From the NCBI GenBank assembly GCA_034780895.1, contig JAUZTB010000027.1, forward strand, positions 33,183,562 to 33,247,561: a stretch of 64,000 bases of DNA, given 5' to 3'. The position numbers and the translations under genes were made by a program. Within the stretch, counting starts at the first letter, position 1. Each line of letters begins with the position of its first letter. A model generated the notes under the pieces. The model saw only the letters and a program-made list of their open reading frames with translations, was not told the origin of the DNA and did not search any database. This document shows positions 1-13,445 of the stretch, in pieces. Origin of the DNA: Rhynchobatus australiae. Taxonomy: Eukaryota.

Positions 1-575
1 CTGTCCAATCTTCACAGTTGAAACACAACATCCTGGTCAATCTCCTCTATACCCTCTCCAAAGCATTTTTATCTTTCCTGTAATAAAGCACCAGAACTGT
101 ACACAATACTCCAGCTGTGGTTAACTATAGTTGTACCATAACCTGCCTGCACTTCACTGCCTCTGTCCCTCATATTTCCTCGGGTGCTATCGTTTAATTG
201 GTATATCCTAGCCTTGTATCCACCCAAAATACATCGCCTCACATTTTGCAGGATTAAATTACATCAGCCACTTTTTTTGCCCATTTTACCAACTGATCAA
301 TATCATTTTGTAGTGGAAGGCTATCCTCACTATAAACAACACCAATCTTTGTGTCTGTGAACTTACTAATTATTCCTCTTGCAGTCACATGCAAATTGCT
401 AACGTATGTAACAAGTAGAGAGAGTTCCAGCTCCGACCCTTGGGGTACACTATTGATCGAAGGCCTCCAATGGCACAAAAAAAACATTTGGTCATCACGC
501 CCTACCTCCTATCACAAAGCCAATTTTGGATCCACTTTGTTTCTAAATTGCCCTGGATCCCAGGGAAATGGTTAG
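1..575 (-). mobile_element. Decayed CR1-type LINE ORF2 (reverse transcriptase) fragment
   Basis: Minus ORF 254..487 reads SVPQGSELELSLLVTYVSNL...ISKFTDTKIG...LQNDIDQLVKWA, matching the CR1 RT motifs GVPQGSVLGPLLF...SKFADDTKIG...LQ.DIDRL..WA. Confidence 0.85.
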
Positions 576-3061
576 CAATTCACTTATATTCATCAGTACA
601 ATGTGTTCTTGATTAATATCAGACAATGGATGGCTTTGCCTCTCCATGCAAGCAAATGATCTTACTTCAATTAAAACAATTTTTTGACTTCAATCTGTTT
701 AGTGATATTCTCCTGGGCTGGACAGTCTCTGAGTTAGTCCTTCAGAAGTATGCCTGTGCTTTCTGTATTCTCTACTTTTTGTTCACAATTGAAAAGGACA
801 GTTGATGAACTGGCTTTTCATGATCGCTGAAGCAGGCTCATGAGTTGTTTATTATTTACCTGTGTGTGTGTGTGGGGGGTTGGGGAAATCAAAAAAAGTG
901 AATTGACCACTGATTACTTATTGGCTTTGTTTCTGTTTAGCAAAGTTTAGACGTTTACCACTGACTTCAAAGAACTCTGCCTACAAAGTTCTGTGGAACT
1001 CTTTGGCGTGGCCTTCATCTTAACTGAAGTCTGTGGTAGTCGGATGTCAATTTAGAGGAAATTCCAAACATCCAGCAGCTGTAATATCATTAAGCTAGCT
1101 GAGCAGCTATCACATTTTTTTAACAAAATGTCTCAACAGAAAATTGGGAAGAAAGTTTTTTTTAAGTTTTCAGTTATCGTGTTAAACATTTAACAGCACA
1201 TTTTTGTTCCAACTTCTATCTTAATTATAACTTTTTTGAAAAAGAATTTGATTGTGGTTGAATTACTGTCCACCTAAATAAGATTAGTTTTTCAGAGCAC
1301 AAGTTTCCAAAGCAGAATATGACTTAGTATGCCATTTTTAAATCTCAAACAGTAGCACTTTCAAGGTGTTTTACACCAAGATTAGTTTGTCATTAACTGA
1401 AATTATTTCATTTTAACTTATTTGCTTACATACCAGTGGGGAAGAGTGCAGAGGTACAGAGCCTGTGGAGGATTGCTGTGTCACTGATGATGCCTCCTGG
1501 GTTTCCACACTTGGGCAGTGCTTGCATGGAAGTCGCTAACTTGGTGCCATTTCACCAAGTAATTATTGGAAGTGCTGTTAGTTTTACTGTTATCACAGCA
1601 GCAAAACCTTGGCCAGGTTCCCAGTCTTTTTTTTGAGCTGCTCATACACATTGCTTTTAGAAAACTTAAGGTAACTTTTCAAAACCATTCTGTGAAAGAA
1701 ATGGCTAGAGAATCTCAAAGTATGAGTAATATATTTTGATTGTGAAATGTTTGTACATTACCATCAGTCAAACTTTGCAAAAGTATTATGTGCTACAGAT
1801 TGCTGAAACCAAGAAAGTCTATTTTGTATCTTTCAAATCGCATTTATTCCATTTATTAGCTGTGTTGGAAAATAGCTGTAATGTATTTTGCATTCCAATC
1901 TTTTCTTTTGTTGTTGATTCAAATGCATTAAGCATTGACAACATGAAGAAAAACTGCATAGTTGCTGAAATCTTAATCCTTTTATCAGTTCACTTTCCTG
2001 CTAGCTTTGGCTGGAGGTTATGCTTAATGGCTATAATCACTGAGTTTTCTTATAGAAGAGCAAACTAATCATTAAATACTATGATATCTCAAAATGATAG
2101 CGATCAACACCCTATGGAGGAGGATATGATCTGCCTCCTCATTTAGTGCAAATTACCTTACAATCAAGCCTTTGATGTTTATTGATATTAGTGTTTTTAA
2201 TAATGTTACTTTTAGTCCTTTCAGATCTGCCTGTAGCTTCTAGCCCAGAAATTGGTTTGAGAGAGAGGTTAGATTCCAGAAGCAGTGTGGGATGATTGCA
2301 AGTGAGCTAAGCATGTTATTTTACACATGTTTCATAGACATTTTTTCCCCAATATTTTTTTTTCCTCATTTTCATCTGGTAGATAAGACACAGACTTCAA
2401 ATTGTGGTTTTAATTCTCTGAAAAGAGTAATTTAATGTGTCACTGTTTATCAAGAATATAGGAATAAATCAGTCTCCAATATATTACTAAACTTTGGAAT
2501 GACCTTCCTATTGAGTTTCACAGCTTTTATGATGAACCAATGGCCAAATCTGTCCTTGTAACTGATGGGGCATCTCAACTGTACAAGTGTCAGTTGGCAG
2601 TGGAAATATAACTTAAGTATCATGAATGTTGAGTCATTTCCAGTCTGTGTCCAATTATATGTTTTCTTTTGTAAACCCATTTTTCATGCGGCTTTATCAG
2701 AATTGTGAAAGAAATGAGTGAACAGGTAACCTTAATTGTAAAAGAGTGGTAATACAAGAATTGGGGAAAAAAATGTCATTCCAAAAATAATTCTTGTTGT
2801 GAGGCTAATATTAATACTGAGATGAATATGGATACGCTTGATTTTGTAGGCACTATCCATTTACAATGTTAAAATTATTTTCATTATTTGAATATATTAG
2901 ATTTCAATTTTAGCATAGTTGCAAAATATATGATACCAGATTTTAGATAATAGGTTTTTGTTAATTTTTAATTGAGTTTTTCGACACCTTCTGAATATTA
3001 ATTACCTTGCAGCTGTTAGGTTTGAAGTGCGGTGTTAAGATTCACAGCAGTTAAGTAAATA

Positions 3062-3310
3062 GTCATGGTCATACAGCAATGAAACAGGCCCTTTGGCCCA
3101 CCATATCCATGTCAGCGATCAATTACCCATCCACACTAATCTCCTTTATCAGCACTTGGTCCATTATCTCCTCTGCCTTGGCAACTCAAGTGCTTGTCTG
3201 GACACTTCTTAAATGTCATGAGAGTACCTGCATTCACTACCCACTTGGGCTGTGCATTCCAGATTCCAACCAGCTTCTGAGTGAAAATATACTTCCTCAG
3301 ATCCCCAAAT
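3062..3310 (-). mobile_element. CR1/HER1 LINE 3' end fragment
   Basis: The + strand gaaacaggccctttggcccaccatatccatg is the reverse complement of the shark CR1/HE1 3' tail; similar tails occur at about 8150, 16890 and 19690. Confidence 0.7.
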
Positions 3311-3344
3311 AGTTTTAAATAATATTAATACTCAAGTCTCCAAG

Positions 3345-3490
3345 AGATTGAGGTGGTGCCTTTTGGATGTGATATTAAAATAACATTGCTCCACTTGGAG
3401 GTAAAGTATCCTGCAATGTTCTTTGACACAAATCAAGAAAGTTCTGTTGAATCTTAATCTACGTTTATGCCTTTATCACCAAAAAGAGAT
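3345..3490 (+). mobile_element. Degenerate Deu-domain SINE fragment (SacSINE1/AmnSINE1-like)
   Basis: gaggtggtgccttttggatgtgatattaaa...ggtaaagtatcctg resembles the recalled Deu domain (ggaggtgccgtctttcggatgagacgttaaa...gtaaaagatccc). Highly diverged. Confidence 0.45.
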
Positions 3491-4243
3491 TAAAAATAAT
3501 GTTATTTCTGACAGCAATCAATCAGATATATTTACTTATAATTTCTCATCAGTAAATGTATGACAGAATATTGTTTTATTGAATATTATTTACATTTCCA
3601 TAGAAATGGAAGCATTGGGTCAAGAAGATGGCATGAACTGGCATTGCCTTGCAACAATTTAATTACTATTTTAAGTTTTAAAAAAATGTCAAGTAATTTC
3701 AAGTCCAACATAGCATAAGCAGAAAACGTTGACACCCGTGGAATGCAAATCTGTATTCCACTTGGGGCCTTGACAAACCAATTGCAGCTTTATTGCTTAT
3801 AATGATCAGGTTACTACTTATCCTAATATTTGCTCCTCGCCCTGTAAAAATCAGGTCACTCACTATCCAATTGTTTGGAAATCCCAATGATTTGGTGTCT
3901 GGCTTACAATGTTTCCCAGAATCCCTTTAAACATACTAGGACCTCATTTTCCATGCCTATTAAATTCACCATTGTCCCATTTTCTGCTCTCCCTTGAAAC
4001 TTAGTGGGTTCACTTGAAAATTCACTACACTATTGGTAATATGTAATATTTAATGTAAATTAAGTGTTTTTGGTGTATTAATGGGAATAACATCCAGCTG
4101 CCAGTCCTGCAGCATGAAAATTCTGAGCATGCTGGATTAACGGAATTTTAATGGAAGTGTGGCAGTCGAAGGGCATTCTGCATCATTACATCTGTCTTTG
4201 CTCAGCAGATGCCGGCCCTGCAAAGTAGGTTAGCGGGTCATAT

Positions 4244-4534
4244 TTGAAGCAGGAGTTACTTGATATTAGTGGGCTGCAGTCAGGCAAGGGCAGAGAAAAT
4301 GTACAGTGTGGTTCACTAGGCAGTAGTATTTTATCACAAGAATCCGTGGAGTACCACCTTGGGGGAACATCCAGGAGGGAGCTAGTGATGCACAGTGAAA
4401 TTATGCTTGCTGCATTGTTTGCCATTTCAGATGGAATACGTGAGGTGATTAGAGTATCGAAGAGTTCATCTCCCTCATTTTGCAAGGGTTGTGGGAGGCC
4501 AGAAGAGCATGACTTTTACTCTGATGGTGAATAG
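4244..4534 (+). mobile_element. Possible remnant of the Harbinger accessory (Myb/SANT-type) ORF C-terminus
   Basis: RRELVMHSEIMLAALFAISDGIREVIRVSKSS resembles the helical C-terminal segment recalled from shark Harbinger-associated proteins. It is convergent with the transposase remnant at 6950-7650. Similarity is weak. Confidence 0.35.
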
Positions 4535-4747
4535 CACTTTTGTGTTAACCACCATTGCACTTTGGCAGTGCAATGGCTGGTGGAGCAGGTTTCTGCTTCC
4601 TTGGAGGCAAAGGCTGAGCCTATCAGAGCTTTGCTGACTGAATCAACAACAGATTGCTCTCCAGTGAGAGCAGGTTGCACTTTAGCAGGAACAGAGGGAT
4701 GCTTCAGCGGACTTGGCTGCAGCTCTCAATGAGCACACACCAGTAAT

Positions 4748-4838
4748 CCAGGAGCAACACACAATCTGCTGGAGGAACTCAGGAGGTCAAGCAGAATTTG
4801 TTGCTCCAGATTCCAGTATCTGCAGTCTCTTGTGTCTC
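4748..4838. repeat. Short Penelope-derived palindromic element fragment
   Basis: acacaatctgctggaggaactcag...ttgttgctccagattccagtatctgcagtctcttgtgtctcc; same family as 31649-31854 and 63665-64000. Confidence 0.7.
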
Positions 4839-6949
4839 CAACAGTTATCCAGGAATTGGTAGGGGTCTGGAGACAAGGGAGCAGTAGTGTGAGCTGGTAT
4901 TGATAGATCTGCACATCACTGTCTGTTGGATCCAGTGAAAGTTTTAGTGGCATGGCGATATTAAACAGTCTGTGGTTCCTCTGGATGACATGTTTCATCT
5001 TCCAACACAGATAATCAGGCAGTCACATCACCTCAGGACCATAGACTTTTTTCTCAAACTGCTGTCATTCTAAATGTAATGCCACAGTCAGAGGCTGGCT
5101 GTTCCAGGTCAAGTGCTCATCTTGATATCCAGAACTGATATTAGCTTCCCCACACACAGGGAAGGGAACAGCCTTCCAGCAGCCAGCTGATTGTCTCAGG
5201 TGGGCACTGTGTTGTGGTGGTAGAACTGTGAAGCTGGCTGGAAGACTAACATAGTGGAACAGTATTGGGTCTATAAATGGATTTTAAATTGTACAATATT
5301 TTCTTTGTATATATCATTGTTAAGCTTCTCATATTGAGACATTTTTATTTTGTTATGCTGAGTGAAACAATGCTGTAAAGATGTTTAATCTTTACATTTT
5401 GTACGAAAGGTTAACAATTTGGAGAACAATGAATGATTCACTAATACATTGAATAGCATTGCTTTATTGTAATCCCAAGGACCAGATTCCAGCACCATAG
5501 AGAGACATGGCAGATCATTGAAACATTGGAGCTAAGTCATTTGTTTTCTTCGTCAAAGATAAGGCTGTGTCTCAACCTTTTGAGGGTGATGGTGTTACTG
5601 GTGTTTCCACTGCACCCCATTAATGAGGAGGGTGCATAATGTTACATGAAGCTGCAGAAAGTTGTGTGCACATAGAATACAAGCTTTTCGACACTTGCTT
5701 CAACCCTTGGCTATTGTTTCTGATGGAAGTGGAAACTTCTGTCAGGAATGGGCTTTCCTAGCTTGGACATAACTCTATTGTATGAATGTTAAGTAAGAGC
5801 TATTTGAAGTTGTATTTTGGCATGCTATTTATTGAGAGGAAAATCTTCCCCAAAGCATCTCGTGTAGACACACTTTATCATTGAAACAATATGGTTACGG
5901 AAATCAAAATTTCCCCAATCAAAGTTCCATGAGTCACCATAATGGCTTCACTTCCAATGGGTTTTATCATTAAGCTGTCCTGGGTCAGGTACCCAGTGTC
6001 AGGAATGTCTTGCTATTGGACCCACTTTTAAACACAGCCTTGATGAGCAGAAGTTTGGGACTCATTTCTCTTGATTGCCTTGGAGCACGTTGCTTCAGTA
6101 GCTGTTACTTGCATGCAAGGGTGCACAATGCAGTTGTGAAAAGTAACATCAGTATTTCCAGAGCTTGCCCCAATATAAATGATCCCATGCAGTTATTGAG
6201 ATTAACTATTTTATAATTGAATGGATCAGCATTTCATTTAAACCACCAGATAACTAAGAGTAGTGTATCACATCTAATTGGTTGCAACTTTGCAAGTGAA
6301 ATTGATCCTGGAAATGCACCTATTCAGCTAATTGATTGCAAGCCACTAGAAGTATTCCAGATGATTGAAATCTCCAAGGCTGAGTAATGGATGTTGCTGT
6401 TGCCATGTGGGGTCTGGAAGGTAGTAACAGCAGCAGGGCTGATGCACCCAAATATTGTTAACGTTGTCTTGGAGGGAACAATTGTGGTTTTGCATCATAT
6501 TGAGCTAAATAACATTCTTGGTACATTTTTGTGTCTGTCACTGTCTGCTTAATAACCTTATTTAAAATTTGCTGTCAGAGGCTACGTACTGGGAAATATT
6601 CAGCATATGTTTAAGAAAATGCACTTCTGCAATTTCAAGAGTATCTTCCGCTAACTTTTGCGAGTGTGATCTGCTAGTAGAAAATGAAAAAGTGCTAAGC
6701 ATTCGTTCAGGCCAAAGCCTTTTAACCTTAACGTAAGGTTGTCTGTGGTGGTGGCAGATGCCTGAGAGAGCTGGGAACTGTTGTGCTTTGTCACGAGACT
6801 CTGTGGTCAATTAGATGGTTGCTGAAGGTGTGCGCAGACAGGGCTTCCCTGCTTTCCTAGGCAGTTCTTCCAGCCACAGCAGCTGTGGATGCTGCTGATG
6901 GTGGCCCGGATTCCCTTTGTCCTTTTCATGATCCTTCTGTGTTTACTGC

Positions 6950-7650
6950 TGTTTCTCTGGCTGGAAGCCTTCCAGTAACGGCTATGCTTGCATATTAGCC
7001 AAGGTCTGCAGTTAGTAGTGAGGGAGGAGACCCAGCCTGTTGAATACCAGAGAGTGCCTGTAAGACCCAGTGTAGACAACAAAACATTGTTTAGAGGAGA
7101 CCAATTATACTGCTCCTAATTCTGTTTTGGCTTTCATCATAGTGACACCCATCTGCAGTTGCTGGACAAAGCACAGGAGTGAGGAGCAATGTAAATGCCT
7201 AGTTCTTCACTTCAATACTGTTCATTGGGGCAGTGTGGTCCCTTTAAAGATTAATAAACAAAAACAACTAAGACTGCCTTGCAGTGCAGCAGTCATGTGA
7301 CATGCCAAGGTATTCTGCATTGACCCTGAGGAAATTACTCTTGTTAATCAATCTCAACAGGAAGAGCTACAGGCTCTGAAGAGGAATTGGAGGCACCATG
7401 TGAATACAGTGTATGACCAGATGACCCTAAAAGGAGAGCATGTCATTTCTCCTGAGCAAAGTAGACTGAAGTTGGTCACAAACAAGGTATGATGGAAGGA
7501 ACCTAAAGCTAGCACATTTGTGACAGTGACCTTAATCCTAACTAGCAGAGTCTGTAATTGAGGCTGCAGAAGGTTGCCGATATTTGTAATGATGGCCTCG
7601 ATGAACTTGACCCATGCGAGGACATTTCACTTTGGGTTGTGTGTAGTTGA
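6950..7650 (-). mobile_element. Fossil PIF/Harbinger (HARBI1-like DDE) transposase, frameshifted and stop-disrupted
   Basis: Manual minus-strand translation gives these blocks in the expected order: KFIEAIITNIGNLLQPQLQ..IKVTVTNVLALGSFH (about 7608-7491), VIHCIHM (about 7417-7395), FLRVNAEYLGMSHD (about 7333-7290), LLLTPVLCPATADGCHYDESQ..IIGLL*TMFCCL (about 7190-7073) and GTLWYSTGWVSSL. They parallel HARBI1-family motifs (KVTVALNFYASGSFQ, IDCTHV, VNARYPGSSHD, WLLTP..YN.SH..IG.LK.RFRCL, GGALQYSP.RVS). Confidence 0.8.
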
Positions 7651-8129
7651 ATTTTTGGACTGATTGAAGTGTGTTTCATTTCCAGAGAACACTAGTTTTC
7701 ATTTGCTTAACACCAAAAAAGAACAATATTTTATGATTGAGTTTCTAGACCTATTTCCCTTCTTGTAATGCTTCTCTCTATCACAATTTGTTATCCGTTG
7801 AGGATAACTGGAAGGCCTGCTCCACAGATGTGTCCATGGTCCATATAAATACCATATATGCCGAAGCAATGAGAACATAGCCAGGAGATTTATAGTGTTG
7901 GATCAAAAATATTGGAACCTGAGAGCATCTGTGTAAAGATGTACTTTCCAAGTATTTTTTCAGGATGCACTGAGATGCAGAATAAGATTAGGTCAGACAT
8001 TACCGAGAGCATCTNNNNNNNNNNTGGAGAGAGAAATGGAGTTAACATCTCGGGTCAATGACTGGGTCTGAACTGGGTGATGCACGGATGGTAGTGATGC
8101 ACATATAAAGCCAGCAACATTCATGATGT

Positions 8130-9850
8130 TTTTAGAACAGAGAACAATGCACCACAGGAACAGGCCCTTTGGCCCATGATGTCAGTACCGACCATGATGC
8201 CAATCCAAACCAATCCCATCTGCCTGCAAATGGTCTATATCCCTCAATTCCCTGCCTGTTCATGTGCTGGTCTAAATGTGTCGTAAACGTTGCTATTGTA
8301 TCTACTTCCACCACTTTCCCTGGCACTTCCAGACACCTACCACTCTCTGTGCTTAAAAAAAACCTCTCACATTTCCTTTAAACTTTCTCCCTCTGATCTT
8401 ATACCTATGCCCTCTAGCATTTGACATTTCTCTCTGGATCCTTTGACAAACTTCCTCACTATCCATAACTCCACCAATTTTTGTGTTGCATGTGAACTTG
8501 CTGATCAGCCACCCTCATTTTTGTCCAAATCATCTATAACATATATCACAAACAACTGAGGTCCCAACACTGATCCTTGTAGAGTACAACGAGGATAATA
8601 CCTGTCCACCACTACCCTGTCTTCTACAGCCAAGCCTATTTTGAATTTAATCTACCAAGTCACCATGGATCCCATGTGCATTAAACTTCTGGACTTTGTG
8701 GAAAGCTTTACTAGAGTCCATGTACACAACATCCATTTCCCTACCCACATAAATCATCTTTGTCATCTCCTCAAAAAAAATCAATTTTGTAAGACATGAC
8801 CTCTCACACACAAATCTATGCTGACATTTCTGAATAAACCCACGCTTTTCCAGATGCGAGTAGACCCTATCCCTAAGAATCTTCTCCAGTAATTTCCCTA
8901 CCATTGATGCAAGGCTCACTTGGCTATCATTTTGTGGTTTGTCCCTATTGCCCTTCTTGAAAAGGAACAACATTGGCTGTTCTCCAGTCCTCTAGGACCT
9001 CATTTATTACTAAAGAAGATGCAAAGATTTCTGTTGAGGCCCCAGCAATCTCCTCTCTTGCCTCTCTCAATAACCTGGGAGAGATTCTATCAGGGCCTGG
9101 AGACATATCCACCTTCATGTTCTTCAAGAGCCCCAAAACCACAACCACCTTGATATCAATATGTCCAAGAACATCAGCATATCCCTCCTTGATCTTACTT
9201 TGCTCCATGACTTTCACATTGATGAATAACAATGCAAAGTGTTCATTTACTACCTTGCCCATTTTCTCTGGCCCCAGCATAAATTCTCTTCTTTGTCCTT
9301 GAGTGGTCCTACCCTCTCCCTAGTTACCCTCTTGTTATTAATGTATAGATAAAATCCCTTGATTCTCTATAATACAACTTGCCAAAGACATTTCATGGCC
9401 CCTTTTAGCCCACCTGATTCCCTGTTTTCTCTTACTTCCTTTTATACTTCTCAAAGGCCCTGACCAATTTCAGATTCCTGAACCTGGCATCTGCTTCCTT
9501 TTGCTTTTTGAGTAAATTTACATCTTTCATCATCCAGGGTTCTTGAACTTGCTTTCCTTGTCTTTTTTCCTTACAGGAACATGTTGCTTCTGAATTCTGA
9601 CCAGCTGGCCTTTAAATGACTCCCATGTGTCAGAAATGGACTTAACCAATAACAGCTGCTACCAATCTACTCTCCCCAGCTCCTGCTTCATACTGTTGTT
9701 ATTAGACTTTCCCCAATTTAGCACTTTGCCCTGAGGTCCAGTCTTATCAAAAGCTATCTGAAAACTTGTGGAGTTATGCTCCTGTTCCCAAAATGCTCTC
9801 CCACTGGAACACCAATCATCTGGCCAGGCTCATTTCCCAATACAGGGTCT
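8130..9850 (-). mobile_element. CR1 LINE, 5'-truncated with internal deletions
   Basis: Minus ORFs: 8945..9280 (KVDMSPGPDRISPRLLREAREEIAGA..EDWRTANVVP), 8647..8973 (FKKGNRDKP..VGKLLEKILRDR..RSCLTKLIFFEE..DVVYMDSSKAFHKV) and 8132..8326 (PGKVVEVDTIATF..HLDQHMNRQGIEGY, the CR1 ORF2 C-terminus). Confidence 0.92.
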
Positions 9851-10844
9851 TGTATGGGGGGCTTTTTGGGGCTTGTATCACTATTTTGGTTGATCTCGAA
9901 GGGCTGTGTTTGTAGATGTGCACTCATTAGACTAGAGAAAAAAAGACATTAGACATTAAACCATTTTGTGATGAGTTATACTGCTGCTGAAAGAGCAGGA
10001 AATGTGTTGGTTATGATCTGCTCAGAAGTAATCTGAGATTGGAAAAGAGTACAGTTGATGTGAGTGAGTCCATTTATTTCATGGCACCTTGTGCTTTGAG
10101 AAGAATCTAGTGTCCTCTGGTACCTTGGCTAGTCTTCATGTGATCCTGGAGGATGTGCAACTCTTTTGTGCTGGATAGCAAAATTTGGAGTTTCAAGCTC
10201 TCCAGCCAAGAGAAGTTTGACTGACTTACATTGGGGTTTCATGAAAGTTTCTGAAACTGAAATGTTGAGGATGCAGTAGGGACTTTATTTATTGGGAGGT
10301 AGGTTCATATTCAAAGCATTGACGTGCTTATTTTGCAGTATCCATTGTTCACTGAGATATGGGAACAGGATTTGTCTTCTCCTTTTCTGAACTCTGGGAT
10401 AATAAACTCCAGAATCCAACTAAATCAGGAGAGATGGGGGTTCATGTTTGGATCACCCAGCCTGTATGGGTTGACTTTATATTTAATAAGTAGTTTCATT
10501 CTACACTCTGTGGATTGAATATTGTTGCATCAAGAGATGCTGATACCTAATCAGGATATGCCGATATCACACAATACCAGATTTGCAGTGTTATCAATGC
10601 TTTGAAAATCTTTGGGATTTTACTTTCTTCAGAAAGTTCTATTTGATTGAAAAATCTTTATCACTGCAAGTGAGGATTCATTATTATGAGTGTAAGTCAA
10701 GACCTTGTTTGTGTAATAAACTTAGAGCTCCTGATTTATCATAATAATAGACATACCCACCCATGCTTTCGTGACTTTACATTCAATAGCTTGCAGTTTA
10801 TAGTGATTTTTTTTCTAGTGAAATGTAAAATTTCAATCCGAAAT

Positions 10845-10972
10845 CTAAAGGGTCCTGGGCCTGAAATGTCACCTGTTTCTCCTACCACCGATGCTGCCTG
10901 CCCTGCTGAGTTTTTCCAGCATTTTCTGTTTACCTTTCATATTTCCAGCATGTGTTTTTTGATTTTCCAGAG
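10845..10972. repeat. Penelope-derived palindromic element (one arm)
   Basis: gggtcctgggcctgaaatgtc...gatgctgcctgccctgctgagtttttccagcattttctgttt; family shared with 31649-31854. Confidence 0.7.
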
Positions 10973-12424
10973 ATAATGGGTATGTTGCTTAAAGAACTGA
11001 ATTGACTGAAATGGCACTCACACAGTAACAAAGTTAACAGGTTGAATGTCAGCACTTCATTTTTCAGTGATGATGAAGTAATGCTTTAACTGGCACACTG
11101 ATTTGCCAGTAGAACTGGCAGTGGGCATGAAGAAAGACCAAAGTTAAGTGGTCCAGCTGTTCACTGGAACCCCAAAATTTTATCTGAGACATGGTGTCAA
11201 TTGCACCCTTGTGATATAGTTTTAATAATTCTCAAATTATAGTAAGTACCTGTTCGTTCATATTTTGAGAATATTTAGAGCCCACATTTGGTTGAAAAAG
11301 AGAGTACTTTATGGTCCACTAGAAAATGCTGCTCTCTCTAATAGGCCTGGATAGCAAAATGTGACTCCTGGATATTACCTTGAGAAAATATGGATAAATA
11401 AAGATTCCTTTGTGAATGAATCTCTTCTGCATTCTCTAGCTGCTCCAGTACACCATCTGTTCCCCATTAAAACAGTTTGCGGGTCATTTATCCATTATGA
11501 GTGAAGAAGAATCTTCCGGATCTCTCTCTCATCTTCTCTCACCACCCCCACCTCAACAAAATTTCTATTTTGAAGGTGGTAGTCCTGTCTGTGACAGTAC
11601 AATACCTGTGTGTGTGTGTGTATATTTTTTTAATATATATGGGCTGATTTTGTTTTAGATTGTGCATTCTAGTTGAAATCTATCTCACATTTTCCAGAAG
11701 CTGATTGACCTATATTATCAATATTTTTTTAAATTAGAAACTAGTCATTGATTTACTATGTATAGTGCCTTCAATTACTAGTGCATTTTTTGTATTTTAG
11801 ACAGCAAATTTATGTCCTTGCAGAATCACTGCAAATCTTATACAGGGTAAGAGCCTCCCTACTGAATTTCACCTAAAGCAGTGTCAGAATAGCATTGGCT
11901 GCAAAATTTGGCAGCACGCTGCCTGTTGTTTGGGTGCTACTGGTATCGGTTTGCTTCCAGTTTGGCATGCAGTACACATTTGTAGGATGAGTTGCGCCGC
12001 CCCCAAGCTGGAAAGGGTGCTGGCGCATGCAGTGCTATCAATAGTGATGACAGTGAACTTGTATTCCCATAGAATCCCTTAATTGAGGGAAAAATAATGC
12101 ATTCTAAGACGCTTCACAAGTTCATCATCAAACTAAATTCAGCCATAGCTGTCTCCTGTGGTTACTCCAGAGTATGCTTGGAGAATCTTCTGGATCTCTG
12201 TGGAGAAAGGACAATTCCTCTCCACTTCAGCCACAAAATTCACTGCTGCACCAGAAGATTTGGGTTATCTTTTGCCCCTGTTGTGCTATTTCTTTGTGCA
12301 AGTTGCAACGTCTACTGGAATAGCTTCCAAAACTGCAGCAGCTGGATTGCACCCCTGAGGAAGTTTCGACCAGTGTTAAGCAATGCTAGGTAGTGCTAGT
12401 GTTAGTTTCTCATGAAATTGCAAC

Positions 12425-13445
12425 ACTGGCATCAACCTGACAATGAGGAAAATTGTCCAGGTATGTCCTATTCACAAAAAGCAGGACAAATCCAATCCAG
12501 CTAATTACTGTTTGATCAGTTTAATCTCAATCATCAGCGAAGTGATGGAAGCTGCATTCAACAGTGCTATCAGTGGAATGTGCTCACCAATAACCTTTTT
12601 ACAGATGCCCAGTTTGAGTTTTACCAGGCCCACTCATCATAGCTTTGGTCTAAACATGGCTGATTTTGAAAGGTGAAGTGAGCCTTTGGCATGCAGCAAG
12701 ACCTAGATAACATTCAAGCATGGACTGATAAATGAAAAGTAACAATAATACCATAAAAGAACCAGACAATGGCCATCTTCAACAAGAGGAAGTCTAAACA
12801 TTCAATGGCATTGCCATTGCTGGATCCCACTACGTCAACATTCTTGAGCTCACCATTGGCCAGAAACTCAACGGGACCAGCGCCATGAGTAATGTGGCTG
12901 CTGGAGTAAGTCAGAGGCTGGGTATCCTGCTGTGAATGACTCTATTCTTGACATTCTAATCTGCAAAGCACAAATCAGGAGCCTGATGGAATACTTTCCA
13001 CCTAACTCAAAGATCATGACATTCATGAAGCTCAGTGCCATCCAGAACAATGCAGCCCATTTGATTGGCATTCCATCAACCATCCTAAACATTAATACCC
13101 TACACCAGCAGCATTCAGGGGCGGCAGTGTGTATCATCTGCAAAATGTGTTGCTGCTACTCACCCAGGCTATACAGCAGTACCTCCCAAACCTGCAACCC
13201 CTACCACCAAAACGGACAAGGGCATCAGCAGCATGGAAACACTGTCACCTGCATGTTCCTCTCCAAATGGCACTCCATCTTAACTTGATCCTTCATCATT
13301 GCTGGGTATAAATCCTGGAATGCCAGGAGTAGGGTGGGAGTACCTCAACCAGAGGACTGCAGCAGTTCAAGATAGCTCACCACCAACTTCATGAGGGCAC
13401 TTAGGAAATGACGAATAAATGTTGATCTTGTATTGATGCTCAGTT
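12425..13445 (+). mobile_element. Decayed CR1/L2-group LINE (RT to 3' tail)
   Basis: KIVQVCPIHKKQDKSNPANYCLISLISIISEVME and ICKAQIRSLMEY..LSAIQNNAAHLIG..LHQQHSGAAVC; ends in the family 3' tail gggcacttaggaaatgacgaataaatgttg. Confidence 0.85.

Noticed and set aside
6807-7082. Initial reading of this ORF as an RTE C-terminal zinc finger
   Set aside because: Its N-terminal part is collinear with the upstream Harbinger transposase motifs, which explains it better.
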